Of a DNA stretch of 64,000 nt, positions 46,601 to 59,653 are shown piece after piece. Under the pieces are notes generated by a model. The model ran no database searches. It was not told where the DNA came from and saw nothing but the letters and a program-made list of their open reading frames with translations. Position 1 is the stretch's first letter. The number at the start of each line of letters is the position of its first letter. Source of the DNA: Bugula neritina (taxonomy: Eukaryota; Animalia; Bryozoa); the NCBI GenBank assembly GCA_964035545.1, contig OZ037768.1, positions 2,698,741 to 2,762,740 on the forward strand. The letters are read 5' to 3'. Made by a program: the position numbers and the translations under genes.

Positions 46601-48243
46601 TGGAAATAACCAGCTGGTCAGGAGAATAATAGTAACATGATGCTTTTATGTGAGAAGTTATTGCTTTCATTTCCTAACATTATCATGATGTCTGCTATAA
46701 TATTATACAAGTGCTATTTGTATTAGGTATATAAGTTTTAACATACTATTATGTATGCATTATATCGATTGTAGTGCTTACGATTTAGAAGAATTAATAA
46801 ATGTGAGAGCTTTATTAAACCATCTCTTCTATGGCATGAAGTGCCAAATGGTCAAAAATTCACTTATTGTTGCAACTCATTATATGTTCATAATAAAGTA
46901 TCTAGACATTATTCTTTCTCAAAATATAGACCTATAAGAGCCTTTTGTGAGCAAATGAGAGAAAATAATGGCTAGATACTTTATTATAAGCACATGAGTT
47001 ACAATAATAAGCGAATTTTTAACCATTTAGCACTTCATACTCTTCGGAGTCCATATCAAAACAACTCTTTTGTGCCAAGACCTTGCTCAACAACGTACTT
47101 GCATTTTGTTTCTTGTAACATTTGTATAACACTGCGTTTTTATGACTGCGCATCATGCCAATGGACTTTCTCATTCAACTAATGGCAATCGCTGCAGCGA
47201 ATGAAACATGCAACTATAAGCTAATGCAAACCACAATCAACTATTCGCATAATGCGCAGTCATGGAAAGATAGTGAAGAGAAACGTAGTGTATGTAATAT
47301 GGGAACAGGGGGTTTAAAATTGTCTGCCCAAATACTTTTAGTTTGATTAACCAATAAGAACACACCAGTTCAAATTAAAGTTTGTGATGATGTGTGACAC
47401 ATATAGCATAGATTCCGAATTTATTTGCAACATATACTGTGTTTACAATATGAATAATTGACTTTATTAGCTAAAACAGGTCAAAATTGATGTGCTTTTT
47501 TAAATTTCTCAAGTATACACTATAACTTAGAATCATGCAGGTGTTAAAAACGTATTTAGGAAATTCTACTATCAGTTAATTATAGAGTTACCTAAAATAT
47601 CAGCACCTTTAAAAGTTCTATCTACTACATAGTTCATATTTCATTACAAACCTTGTTCACGGCAGATAAAAAGATAAGAATATATAACAGATCCTTTAAA
47701 CACGTAAAGTTGCGTTTATACCTCTGCTGAAAAAAGTACCGAGTTTAAGTTAATAATGCTTGTCCGGGTACCCCTTTATAGTCAAACCGAAACTCGTTGA
47801 AATCAGTGTGGTATATTAAGAGTGTTGCCATTAGCAAATCTTACGGAATCATATGGGCGCCATTATGCCGAGATTGGTACCGCGAGTTTATATAAGTTAT
47901 AAGGGAAAAATTTTGCCACTTTTGTTATTTTATTTTTTTTCTATTTTATGTGTACATTTTTTTTAATTTTTTTTATTGGTAAAGTTTTTAAACACATTTT
48001 TAATGCACATAAAATTAAAAGAAAAATTAAAACTCAATCATGCACATAAATACAAAGCTATAAAGTTCAAGCTTCGCTGTGTTTTTAATGTGAATATGAA
48101 TTGAATAATGCTTGCAATAACCATTATACACAAAATACGTTACAGTTGCTATAAATGTAAGACTAGTTAATTGGATGCAAATAAGCACGGTAATACTACT
48201 TAATTTATGCTATTTTTGAATTTTGTAGTAAATATTTGGCATG

Positions 48244-48274
<31 letters not shown>

Positions 48275-51200
48275 TATATATATATAATATTATTATATAT
48301 ATATAATATATAATATTATTGTTGTATTCTTACCTTCGTATGATGATGTGAACGTTGCAGTCAATGACAAGTACGTTACTAGTAGTAAAATAAGAATTTA
48401 AAAGTATTTCTATGGCTGGCCAGCCGAAACCTAAACTTGACTTCTAACATTCGAAATCTCGCTTCTGCCCCGCTGGGGGTATATCCGGTGTGACATTGTA
48501 ACACTAAACACAACATCCTCCCTCTCAACAAAGAACGGTGATAACCCGTGTAAAATAAACGTAACATCCTTTACCAGTAATATGACAGTAACAGTGAAGA
48601 TGAACATGGAAAGAAATAAAATAAAAAGTAACATATATGTGTAGAATCTCCAAAGAAGACAGGACAATAAGAGCTAACTGACTGAGTGTAGTAAAACAAA
48701 CTATGTACAAAGTAAGGAGTATCAAAGCCTCCTAGTTCATATCAAAATCTTTAAATCTTGATGGAAGCACCCCTCTACTGGACCTAACACCTCGCCTACC
48801 GATAGGGGGGACAACACTGCGAGTTGGGGTAACTGCTTTAACTTCCTGGTCTGACACAACTGGTGTTGGAAGATTGGGGTTTGGTAGCTCTTCAGTATCC
48901 GTTGGGCTAGAAGAGTCCAGCTCGGAACTAGGACGAACAATCGTGTTATTGGGTTTCAAATGAACTCGATTTCTCCTTAGGATTCGAGACCCATTATCAA
49001 CGAGGTATGACCTCGGTGCACCATGATGTCCAACCACACATCCAGGTGTCCAGATCTTTTCTGGACCAGCTCTCATAAATACTTCAGAGCCTAGGGGTAA
49101 ATTGGGTAGTTCCTTTGTCCGCTGATCGTAATATGCTTTAGCTGTCTGTTGTCTTGCTTTGAGAGCACCAGTGGAATTTACTGTACTTGGAGTCAGGAAT
49201 GCGGTAGTCGTCGGGAGTCCAGTTCTCAAATTCCTGCTGAAAAGCATCTCTGCTGGACTATATAGACAACCACTCAGTGGTGTCTCTCTGTAGACTAGTA
49301 GAGAGTGATACACATCAACCTGAGACTGTTCACACTTCCTTAAAAACTGCTTCACAGTCTGAACATACCGTTCAGCAAGACCATTTGACTGATGATGGTG
49401 TGGACTGGAGGTAACAATATCAAAACACCAATCCTTACCAAACTGTTTCATCACATGACTTGTAAAGGGCATATTGTCCGCCATAATGGATTTGGGCACG
49501 CCATGAATTGAAAATATGGATTTCAGGGCCATGACAACATGTTCTGCAGTTTTTCCACCTAATAAACGTAGTTCGGGAAAGTGTGACATGCAGTCAACTA
49601 CTAACAAGTAGTCCTGACCGCGAAACTGCATTATATCCATGGCTACAGTGTACCACGGCAATGTGGGCGTGTCATGAGGCATAAGTGGCTCCTTTGACTG
49701 CCTGTTTGCAAACATAGCACACTCACTGCACAGGCTAACCTTTGAATAGATGTCCTGATTCAGTCCCGGCCAATAAACAGACCTACGGGCTCGCTCTTTA
49801 CACTTCTGTATTCCCAAATGTCCCTGGTGAATCTTGTTCAACATTTCTTTTCGTGCACCAACCGGAACAACTAGGCGCTCACCTACGAAAAGAAAACCAC
49901 CAGCTTCATATAGTTCATCTCTTACCAACCAATAGGGTTGTAGGTTGGCAGGTGCATGACTACGATGCGTCCAGTCCCAACCCTCTTGGCACGCCTGCTT
50001 GAGATCCGACATTGTTGTGTCATCCGAATATGCCGTACTCAACCAGTCACTCATCTCACTTGCAACCTCCAGCGAGTGAACCATCACTACTTCATCCTCC
50101 AGGTCAGCTTGGGTCGACGGAGTCTTAGTGCTATACGCTCTAGACAGAGTATCAGCAAGATAGAGATATTTCCCTGGGACATAGGTGACCTGGGCTACTT
50201 CATAACGTTGTAATCTCAGGAGCAGTCGTTGTAGCCGTGGAGATGCTTTATGTAAAGGTTTCTTCATTATGGATAACAAGGGACTGTGATCAGTCTGTAG
50301 TGCTATAGGACGACCATAAACATAGCTATGGAAGTACTCACAGCCAAAGACCATAGCTAGTAACTCTTTATCAATTTGGGGATAATTGATCTCAGCACTG
50401 GTCAGGGCCCGAGAGCCATAGGCTACAGGCCTACCCTGCTGTAGTAGCACAGCACCAAGCCCAGACTTAGAGGCATCTACTTGGAGATTTACCGGCTTGT
50501 TTACATCAAAGTACTTCAAAACACTGTCATTCATGAGAACACTTCTGATATTGGCCATGGCTGATTGCTGTTCTGGACCCCAGAACCAATCCACATCCTT
50601 CTTCAAAAGGCATCTGAGAGGTTCAGTAATTGTGGACATATTCGGGATGTAGTTCCTAAGAAAGTTGACTGTGCCCAACAGCCGTTGTACACCATTTCTG
50701 TCTGTGGGTTCAGGCATGTCTGCAATAGCTGACACCTTGTTTGGGTCAGGCTTTAGACCATCTACGGACACAATATGCCCAAGGTAGTTGACTTCTTGCC
50801 GATTGACTTGAATTTTTTCTTTGTTAAAACGCACATTGCACTCCCGGGCTCTCTGCAATACTTTGTGGAGGTTATTGTCATGTTCCGCCTGCGTGCGACC
50901 GGCCACAATTAAGTCATCAAAGTATATGGAGACCGCTAGATCACCAAAAATCTGTTCGACACGTTTTTCGAACACTTCGGCAGATGAGTGAAGGCCAAAT
51001 GGTAGTCTTTTATAGCAATATCTGCCAAATGGCGTGTTGAACGTAGTGAGAAGACTACTTTCAGGGAATAGGCGGATATGCCAATAGCCATGCTTCATAT
51101 CCAGAATAGTAAAGTGTTTCATGCCATTAAACCTGAATGCAATATCCTCCAAAGTAGGAATTTTATGATGTTCACGTCGAACTGCACGATTTAAGTCTTT

Positions 51201-53578
51201 TGGGTCCAGACATATGCGCACAGAACCGTCTCTCTTTTCGACACAAACCATACTATTTACCCACATGGTTGGTTGATCTACTTTCCTGATAATGTCGACA
51301 GACTCCATCCGCTCCAGTTCAGTTTTAACACGATCCATCATGCTAAGGGGCACACGCCTTGGTGGGTGAATCACTGGTTTTATAGACGCGTCTATCGATA
51401 TATTATGTTCACCATCCAAGCATCCAATCCCTTCAAAAACATCAGGATATTTGGCCAGGATGTCTGCCGGAGTTATTTCATTAACTCTTTGCACAATTTT
51501 TAGTAACTCACATGCCTCTAAACCTAAAATCGGTGCTAGATTATTGGGAACCACCTCAAATCTCAAATTATAGCTCATGTCCGAATAAGGAAGACTCACA
51601 GGCAGTGTTACACAGCCTGAAGTCTGTATGCTAGACCTGTTGTACCCCAGGAGTCGGACCTTGGATGGTTTTATTTCTACACCCAATTTATTGGCCATCG
51701 CTTCAGTTACAGTATTTGTTTCGGCTCCTGTGTCAACTTTGAAAGAATTTCTTTCACTGTCCTTCAACTTGACATCCACAAACCACGACTTCTTAGCCTC
51801 GACTGTCTCTACCATTCCGATAAACAAGGTTGAAAGATTTTTATCCAGCACTTCTTCTCCAGTCTCGACTCCAACGGCATGAACGAGCTTTTTTGGGCAT
51901 CGTTTTTCAAAGTGATTTAAACCATGACAACTGTTACACTTTTTGCCATATGCCGGACATTTGCCGTAGACATGTTCATACGAACAGAATCTGCATTTTA
52001 TCTTCTTGTCAGTGGTAAGTCCACCCTTGTGAATGGGTTTGTTGACAACAGTGGCAACCTGTCTCATCGCTAAACTAAACTTATCCCCATCAGCAATCAG
52101 GCTCAGCTGTGCTTCAGTCATCTCAGTAGCCCGAATATCCTCTACGGCTTTTTCTAAAGTCATCGTGTTGTCACGAAGTAATCTTTCCTTCAGCTTTACA
52201 GATGTCAAGCCAAAAACGATACGACATAGCAACATCTTTGACTTCACACCCTCTGGAAAGTCACACCGCGATGCCTGTGACTTGAGTCGCTTTAAATATA
52301 CATCTATAGGCTCACTTTCAGTCTGCGACATCGACCAGAACACAAACCACTCATAGAGCTCATTTTTTCTCGGGTTACAATATGTATCAAACATATCCAG
52401 TACATCACTTAGTACCGTCTTACTTTTCCCAGCTGGGGCCTCCAACTGTGAGAAAATCTCATTGGTCTCGTCGCCAGCAATATGCAGAAACATTGCTATC
52501 TGCCTCCGGGATATGGCTGCATTGCCGGCAGGTTCAGGGTCTGTGGGATTCGCTTTGGGAGTTAGAACTACATCAATAGCCATCAAATAATTTTCAAAAT
52601 TTCTGCGGAATCGTTTCCAGTTCTCCGACACATTGCCCTCAAAACACATCCCAGAAGGCTGTCTGAGACCATCCATGACTTTATCAAACAACGGACAAAT
52701 TCACAAATAACAAAAGAAAACCACCACAATACTAAACTCAAACTGCAACCATCAAAAGAGCCGCAAGTTCAACATAAAAAGAAAAAACAAACACAAAACT
52801 TCAGGCAGAACAACAGCAAGTATCAAACAAACAATTCAAATCACTGGAAGAGTAGAGAAAAGCCGTCAATGAAATGATTGCTCACAACCAGTGAATCATA
52901 TAATCAGACTTAATCTGCAGCTGAAGTTAGTACGCGCTGCCACCATGTTGTATTCTTACCTTCGTATGATGATGTGAACGTTGCAGTCAATGACAAGTAC
53001 GTTACTAGTAGTAAAATAAGAATTTAAAAGTATTTCTATGGCTGGCCAGCCGAAACCTAAACTTGACTTCTAACATTCGAAATCTCGCTTCTGCCCCGCT
53101 GGGGGTATATCCGGTGTGACATTGTAACACTAAACACAACAATTATTATATGTATATATATATATTATATATAATATCATTATATATATATATATAATGT
53201 ATATAATTTAATATATAATATAATAATATATTATATATGATATTATTATATATATAATATAATATATAATATAATAATATATTATATATATTATATATGA
53301 TATTATTATATATATAATATATATATAATATATTATATAATATATTAATGCATAATATATTATTATAATATATATATATCATATTCAATATAATATATAA
53401 TATAATAATATATTATACATGATATTATATATATATATATAATATATATATAATATAATATATAATATAATAATATATAATATATTATTAAAAAATATAT
53501 ATATATTATATATAATATTATTATACTTGTATAATATATATATAATATAATATAATATATAATATATAATAATATATC

Positions 53579-53623
<45 letters not shown>

Positions 53624-54142
53624 ATAATATAATATAATAATATATTTTATATGATATTATATATATAATATATATATAATATATATATAATATAATATAA
53701 TAATATATTATATTATTATATTATATAATATATTATTATAATATATATATATATTATATATAATATTATTATACTTGTATAATATATATATAATATAATA
53801 TAATATATAATAATATATAATATATTATTATAATATATATATATATATATATATTATAAATAATATAATATAATAATATATTTTATATGATATTATATAT
53901 ATATAATATATATATAATATAATATAATAATATATTATATAATTATATTATATAATATATTATTATAATATATATATATTATATATAATATTATTATATT
54001 TGTATAATATATATATATATATAATATAATATAATATATAATAATATATAATATATCATTATAATATATATATATATTATAAATAATATAATATAATAAT
54101 ATATTTTATATGATATTATATATATATAATATATATATAATG

Positions 54143-54232
<90 letters not shown>

Positions 54233-55499
54233 CATGCCGAATATTTACTACAAATTTCAAAAATAGCATAAATTAAATAGTATCACCGTGCCTATTTGCA
54301 TCCAATTTACTAGTCTTACATTTATAGCAACTGTAACATATTTTGTGTAAAATGGTTATTGCAAGCATTATTCAATTCATATTCACATTGTAATCACAGC
54401 GAAGCTTAAACTTTATAGCTTTGTATTTACGTGCATGATTAAGTTTTAATTCTTTTTAAAATTTTATATGTATTGAAAATATGTTTAAAAACTTTACCAA
54501 TAAACAAAACTAAAAAAATGGACACATAATATAAAAAAAAAATAAAATCACAAAAGGGGCAAAATTTTTCCTTTATAACTTATATAAACTTGCGGTACCA
54601 TTAGCGACATAATGATTTTTCATGGTTTAAAGTCAACACTCTTAATATACCACACTGGTTGAAATCATATTGATGCGGTTGCTCACTTTCTGAAATTGAA
54701 ATTTGACTCGCATAATAGCTATTTGATGCCCTTTGTAAACGTCGTGAATTAGTGAAGCGGAAAGCATAAAAGCGATAATTAAGAAGGCGTAGGCTATGTA
54801 ATTATAACCGTATAAGTACGTTGTCTAATCGCCAAAGTAATATCTAAATAACGATGTTTACAAGGAGTTATTACTCCTATTCTAAAATTGGCCGATTAAG
54901 TTATCACGGTACAAAAATTTCAACGAGTGGCTTTTACAATGCAATGCAACTCGGAGAAATTTCAACCCGGCCAAATTGAAATTTTGACCGAAAATCGTGA
55001 AGGTATAAACGCAACTTAACTTTTTTAAAACAATCAGAACACTTAAAACAAACTTATGTATTCAGGTCAGGGACTCAAACTAACCTAGAACAGGTTTGTG
55101 AGCTTGTGAACTTCTGGATGGAAACAAATGTACAACAGAAAGTAGCAGCTGTATTATAGCTGTAGGCACAATGAAGATGTTGATGAAAACTTTCTCCCTC
55201 CGTTTGATAGTTAATGTCAGCCTAAACTACAGAATAATACTATTCATTTTATTATTACTATTTCATCAACAGAGTACTAAAGTATTCTGAACTAATAATA
55301 TTTAATGCAATTTTAATACCTTTGCTATCTCAAATTTCATTTTTACATTCTATGCGTTATACTGTTGCACAGTTATTTTATATGGTAAAAAAACTCTTTT
55401 AGGCTACGAAACAAACATGTAGGTGATTGATTTTAAATAAACATCTTAGCCAATTTAAACATATAAAATTACAGTTGTATGTATGTATGTTATATATAA

Positions 55500-55596
<97 letters not shown>

Positions 55597-57868
55597 AAAA
55601 TAGCACTTACTGCTTGAACAGGTTTTGTGTCTAAATTGGAGCGAAGATGTGAGGATATTGTCCAATCAGCAAGCTCAGTTTTATAGTAGGACTCCTCCCT
55701 ATTACTTCTCACAAATTTGATTGGTGGTGCTATAGTGCCATAAAACTACCAACATGTTTCAATAATAGAAAAAGGAAACCATGAAGCATTTGCAATAGCC
55801 TGTAATATAATGATATCTAATTTTATGTTCCAGTTTTTTTCACCAGTAAACTTTACTTTAGAGCTTAGCATCAAAGACTATAAAACACTCTACTATTAAG
55901 CAGATGGCAATGACTGGTCTGTTCTTATAGTAGCACTGTAAGAATTATACTGCGATGATTGCATATATATATATGTATGTATATAGCCTAAATCTTTTGC
56001 TTTAGTTTGGCCGTGCTATATATATATAGAACATAATTGTACTCTATTATGATTTCTCTATTATAGGTGCACCAAGCACCTATATATAATAGAGAAATAG
56101 ATAATAACAAAGCTACATTATATTATATAGCTAGCTGCTAGTACAATGCTTTCACACTAATTTGTGTTAGTTTGGGGTTTGTTTTACCTGCCATCGGGTG
56201 TATAGCCCATCTGGAAACTTAGATAACTAATACATGGTGGGGTCCACTGGCTATTCTATTTTAATGCTATTCTGAATGTATAGGCTATAGAGGCATACCA
56301 AATGTTCAATCTGCAAGTTACACTATCTAAGTAATACATTTTTTTCTCGCAAGTTTTATAAGATATAAAAGCATATAGCATATAGCTATGCCACTAAGAA
56401 CGCAAAAGGTGATTACATTATATAAATAATGTCTATGTTTTGTCATAATTTACTTATTATAAAGTTTCATAGATCATTGGCCATCTCCCAATTTTCAACG
56501 TATTTTTATTTTTTACTTTTGTTTATTTTGCCTAGCTGTTACAAAATCCAATATATATCAGAATAAACTTGCATTTTCATGCTAGTACATTCTCAATCTC
56601 AATGATGGTGAAGCTACAATATACCCTCTATTTGAATAACGTGCTGAAATTCAAAGTTGCTTACTCTGAAGAATTATTATTGTTACTGCTTTTAATCTTT
56701 AATAAATAATTAAAGTAGTGAACATGTAATTTCATATTATATATATGATATTATGTGGCACATGTTATATATATACTTCATACAAGTTCTAATTAATATT
56801 TTAGAATATAGTTACACTAAGCAGAAGAATATAAGCAGCACAGTGGGAACCAACAATAGTTGTAAACTTGTTGACTTACCTCATCCCTCCAAGAGCTGAT
56901 TAACAGACTACAAGTGTGGTAGTCAAAAGGGAAGTAAGTTAAGTCCATGGGGCAATAAAATCTGACAGACTTCTTTGTTGTGTGAGACACTTTTCCATTT
57001 TGTTCAACGTTGACCTTGTTCTCTTGGTCAGAAAGAAGGACATGTTCTCTGTCAAAATTATATTTTTGTGATTACAAATTCAATATGTGAATCAACTAGA
57101 TTCTTCTGTAGCATACAAAGTAAAACATCCATTAAAACTTGTTATTCAATAATTGTTTAGGAGGTTTTAGTAATAATTTTATAAAATTTAAAAAGGAGTG
57201 AGAGGTGCATAGTTTGGTACTGATATAAGTTTGAATATCATTTCTCTTCCATACAGTGAATAAATTAACACACTTCATCCTTAAGCAGGAGCTTGTATCT
57301 AATAGTTAATGTAATATTACCATGATAGGTTAAATTATAACTGAATAATGCATTGCTAACACCCAGTTCGAATATTCATATTGCAACTACATCTTATGGT
57401 AAAATGATACTTATACAAAATCCATTTGTCCGCACATACCCAGAATACATGATATATGGATCAGGTAGCCATATTAATTGTTTTGGAGAAGTATATGTCA
57501 GACTTAGATAGGGTCCACTCCATGCTAGTCTGTCATCTTCCCAGCTCTATATAATCACAATTATTATCACCCAAAAATAACTTTATACCATAGCTTTCTA
57601 ACGTTCCAGATAAAGTTTACTAACTGAAAACAGCCCGCCTCAGTACCGCCAATAATTAAAAACAGTATGCTGAGTACATCTTACTGTTTGCTGCAAGAAA
57701 GAGATGGTTATATGACGGTTATACTCATCTACTTGGTGTAGCCTGACTTGGCCATACTGAACTCCAACTTCAACATTTTTACCATTTGGTCTCGTCAACG
57801 CTAATACATCATTATCACTGAGGTGAAACCTTTGCTTTATCACTGCTTCAGCATAGCTTCTTGTTGCC
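43664..57868 (-). CDS. Divergent nicotinic-acetylcholine-receptor-like Cys-loop subunit, non-alpha type (gene A); signal-peptide exon not resolved
   Basis: Exons (minus, approx.) 57868-57685, 57546-57440 (SWEDDRLAW...IWLPD), 57051-56880 (Cys loop CPMDLTYFPFDYHTC), 55745-55611, 55226-55085 (M1), 45791-45700 (M2), 45321-45212 (M3), 44631-44506, 43843-43664 (M4, LAMLLDRI). The frame is continuous across all of these junctions. Confidence 0.85.
47130..47275. mobile_element. Small MITE-like element with CACTG...TAGTG termini
   Basis: Imperfect ~29-bp terminal inverted repeats with core ATGACTGCGCATCATGC / GCATAATGCGCAGTCAT, flanked by AA on both sides. Confidence 0.45.
48320..53141 (-). mobile_element. 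Full-length Ty3/Gypsy LTR retrotransposon (Mag/K02A2.6-like)
   Basis: Two identical 196-bp LTRs (48320-48515, 52946-53141; TGTTG...CAACA), 5-bp TSD ATTAT (48315-48319, 53142-53146), PBS TGGTGGCAGCG next to the 5' LTR (complementary to a tRNA-Leu 3' end), polypurine tract GAGAGGGAGGA next to the 3' LTR. Confidence 0.97.
48732..52676 (-). CDS. Single-ORF Gag-Pol polyprotein (Gag zinc knuckles, protease, RT, RNase H, integrase)
   Basis: CRFCSYEHVYGKC and CNSCHGLNHFEKRC knuckles, FKVDTGA protease, YFDD RT, VDAS/TDH RNase H, HQGH...CSEC and D-D-E integrase, in Gypsy domain order with no stops. First ATG at 52676 (the track starts at a TTG). Confidence 0.96.
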   Translation of the reverse strand: MDGLRQPSGMCFEGNVSENWKRFRRNFENYLMAIDVVLTPKANPTDPEPAGNAAISRRQIAMFLHIAGDETNEIFSQLEAPAGKSKTVLSDVLDMFDTYCNPRKNELYEWFVFWSMSQTESEPIDVYLKRLKSQASRCDFPEGVKSKMLLCRIVFGLTSVKLKERLLRDNTMTLEKAVEDIRATEMTEAQLSLIADGDKFSLAMRQVATVVNKPIHKGGLTTDKKIKCRFCSYEHVYGKCPAYGKKCNSCHGLNHFEKRCPKKLVHAVGVETGEEVLDKNLSTLFIGMVETVEAKKSWFVDVKLKDSERNSFKVDTGAETNTVTEAMANKLGVEIKPSKVRLLGYNRSSIQTSGCVTLPVSLPYSDMSYNLRFEVVPNNLAPILGLEACELLKIVQRVNEITPADILAKYPDVFEGIGCLDGEHNISIDASIKPVIHPPRRVPLSMMDRVKTELERMESVDIIRKVDQPTMWVNSMVCVEKRDGSVRICLDPKDLNRAVRREHHKIPTLEDIAFRFNGMKHFTILDMKHGYWHIRLFPESSLLTTFNTPFGRYCYKRLPFGLHSSAEVFEKRVEQIFGDLAVSIYFDDLIVAGRTQAEHDNNLHKVLQRARECNVRFNKEKIQVNRQEVNYLGHIVSVDGLKPDPNKVSAIADMPEPTDRNGVQRLLGTVNFLRNYIPNMSTITEPLRCLLKKDVDWFWGPEQQSAMANIRSVLMNDSVLKYFDVNKPVNLQVDASKSGLGAVLLQQGRPVAYGSRALTSAEINYPQIDKELLAMVFGCEYFHSYVYGRPIALQTDHSPLLSIMKKPLHKASPRLQRLLLRLQRYEVAQVTYVPGKYLYLADTLSRAYSTKTPSTQADLEDEVVMVHSLEVASEMSDWLSTAYSDDTTMSDLKQACQEGWDWTHRSHAPANLQPYWLVRDELYEAGGFLFVGERLVVPVGARKEMLNKIHQGHLGIQKCKERARRSVYWPGLNQDIYSKVSLCSECAMFANRQSKEPLMPHDTPTLPWYTVAMDIMQFRGQDYLLVVDCMSHFPELRLLGGKTAEHVVMALKSIFSIHGVPKSIMADNMPFTSHVMKQFGKDWCFDIVTSSPHHHQSNGLAERYVQTVKQFLRKCEQSQVDVYHSLLVYRETPLSGCLYSPAEMLFSRNLRTGLPTTTAFLTPSTVNSTGALKARQQTAKAYYDQRTKELPNLPLGSEVFMRAGPEKIWTPGCVVGHHGAPRSYLVDNGSRILRRNRVHLKPNNTIVRPSSELDSSSPTDTEELPNPNLPTPVVSDQEVKAVTPTRSVVPPIGRRGVRSSRGVLPSRFKDFDMN
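53147..54230. repeat. (TA)n/(TAA)n tract with ~235-bp higher-order periodicity
   Basis: The landmarks TTATTATACTTGTATAAT and TATAAATAATATAATATAATAATATATTTTATATGAT each recur three times (with minor variants). Confidence 0.9.
55491..55593. repeat. (TA)n microsatellite
   Basis: Direct observation; about 17 bp from a minus-strand donor. Confidence 0.95.
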
Positions 57869-59653
57869 TTTAGCAATTATAAAACTGTCTGTATTTACAG
57901 ATATTTTTAAACAAAACCTAAATTGTGACCATAGTAAGCAACTCTATAGAAGGTCAACTTATCACCAGCTGTTACTTCTACAAGTAGAACCATTTAGGAG
58001 CAATAGTGGAGAAATTGAAATAGCCTACGTTCTTTAATTTTATTATTGAATTTTGGTTTGGGGTGCGGGTTGAAATTTCTCCATTACTGCACCTACCTCG
58101 GTAGTACAAATAGTAAATGTAAATGTAAGTCTACCTCTCTTACTTATATAATGTATCTATACCTTAAATTTATGTATATTTGTATATTCCATATAATCTA
58201 TACTTACCACTGGTGTCTGGCATACAAATATAACTGCCAAAAAGTGATAAAGACGTGCAAATTCAACTTTCATGTTTATTAGCTCTGCTCCAGGTTTTCA
58301 GCATGAGTTGTTAGTATCATAGATTCTAAGCCTTTGCCTCAACAAGGAACTAACACTGCAAAGCATACGTGGGTGTAATAAAAGACAGGTTTACAAGGAG
58401 TGGATAAGACCAGTTAGGAGTATAAGGAAAGACAAGCTTTCAAGGGGTGGATAGAAATAGCCAGGTGTTCTATTGACATTCTAATACTGTAAGTTGATTA
58501 TCTCGCAAGCTGCAAAAACTGCAAACCATAGATTCACAAATAAATGATTATATTGTATATGATTGAATATCATATTGCAAATAGCATATAATGCCCAATG
58601 TTGCATTTTTCAACAAAAAATGAAGTTGATTTATTAAAATACATATCACCGATTGTATGAAATTACTTAACAGCTTAGCAACTTATGCTCTCAGTATATA
58701 CACCACTTGTGATCAATTTCACTTGTGTTTTCCCCATCTGATGCACACAAAAGGTTGCTTCACACTAAATTACACCTTTTTATATTTTGTGTGAATACAC
58801 TGCAACTATGTCACAACTTGCAGCTGTCTACGAAACAATTCATCTCACAATATACTGTACTTAATTGAATACATCAGTCACGGATTTATTTAATTTAAAA
58901 GTTTTATGTTGTATTACTACAATAATTTACAGGAGCTGCTATAACTTGCTATTAGAGCTTAGCTAGGCTATATTCTAAACATTATTGTAAAGTATGTATC
59001 TCAATAGGCATGGAATTGTTTATTGTAATGAATGCCATGAGTAAACTTCTGTCATCAGTCATAGGTTAACTTTATGCTGTAGTTAGTGTAGATGGGTTAA
59101 ACTCTACAAATGAATAGCTTTCTTTGCTGTTTTGTTGAATTTATTTCAAGTTCATAAGAAAATACAATAAACTTTTTACAAACTACTAATACATAAAATG
59201 TATCAGATAAATACACAGGAATGTAGGATTATTAGAGTGGTCATTAGTTGTGGATTTCTCAAATATTTGTTACGGCAGAATGGAGTTAAAAATACTAAGA
59301 AGGTGATAATGTCATTGCTAGTTACTCATAAAACATATAAAGAACATTTTTGAAGGAAATCCTGGACAGAAAACGATATTTAGAAAAATTGTATATATTA
59401 TAAGATCTTTGAGCACTATAATAAAGTTGTATTCTCTAAGGTCCTTACTAATAATTAGAACTTACTCACATTTAAATTGTAGTGGAAAAAACACATTGGT
59501 TCACACAGGCAACAATATTTACTAGGTTGAGTATTTCTTAATTGATAGTTCATATCTTTTAAGTATATGAGCTACTTTTATTTGTAAAAGAAGATAACTC
59601 AAAAGTTCACCTCAAAAGGTTTAGCATTCAGTATGATTGTTAAGGGTTTCATT

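Larger units (their letters stand above)
47697..55030. mobile_element. Large inverted-repeat (foldback/MITE-like) element with a central (TA)-rich tract, interrupted by the LTR element
   Basis: 47800-48245 is the reverse complement of 54230-54657 with scattered mismatches. Outer blocks AAGTTGCGTTTATACCT (~47707 and ~55001) and ACTCGTTGAAAT (~47792 and ~54917) also pair. The right arm carries about 255 extra bp. Confidence 0.75.

Noticed and set aside
49742-52579. Plus-strand ORFs overlapping the retrotransposon
   Set aside because: Short antisense shadows of the Gag-Pol frame; no env-like or other domain seen.
53146-55665. YIYIYI-type ORFs
   Set aside because: Translations of (TA)n tracts; only 55745-55611 is a real exon.
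57966-57993. MVLLVEVTA as first exon of receptor gene A
   Set aside because: Its phase-1 donor does not join any nearby acceptor in frame, so the true signal-peptide exon is left unresolved.
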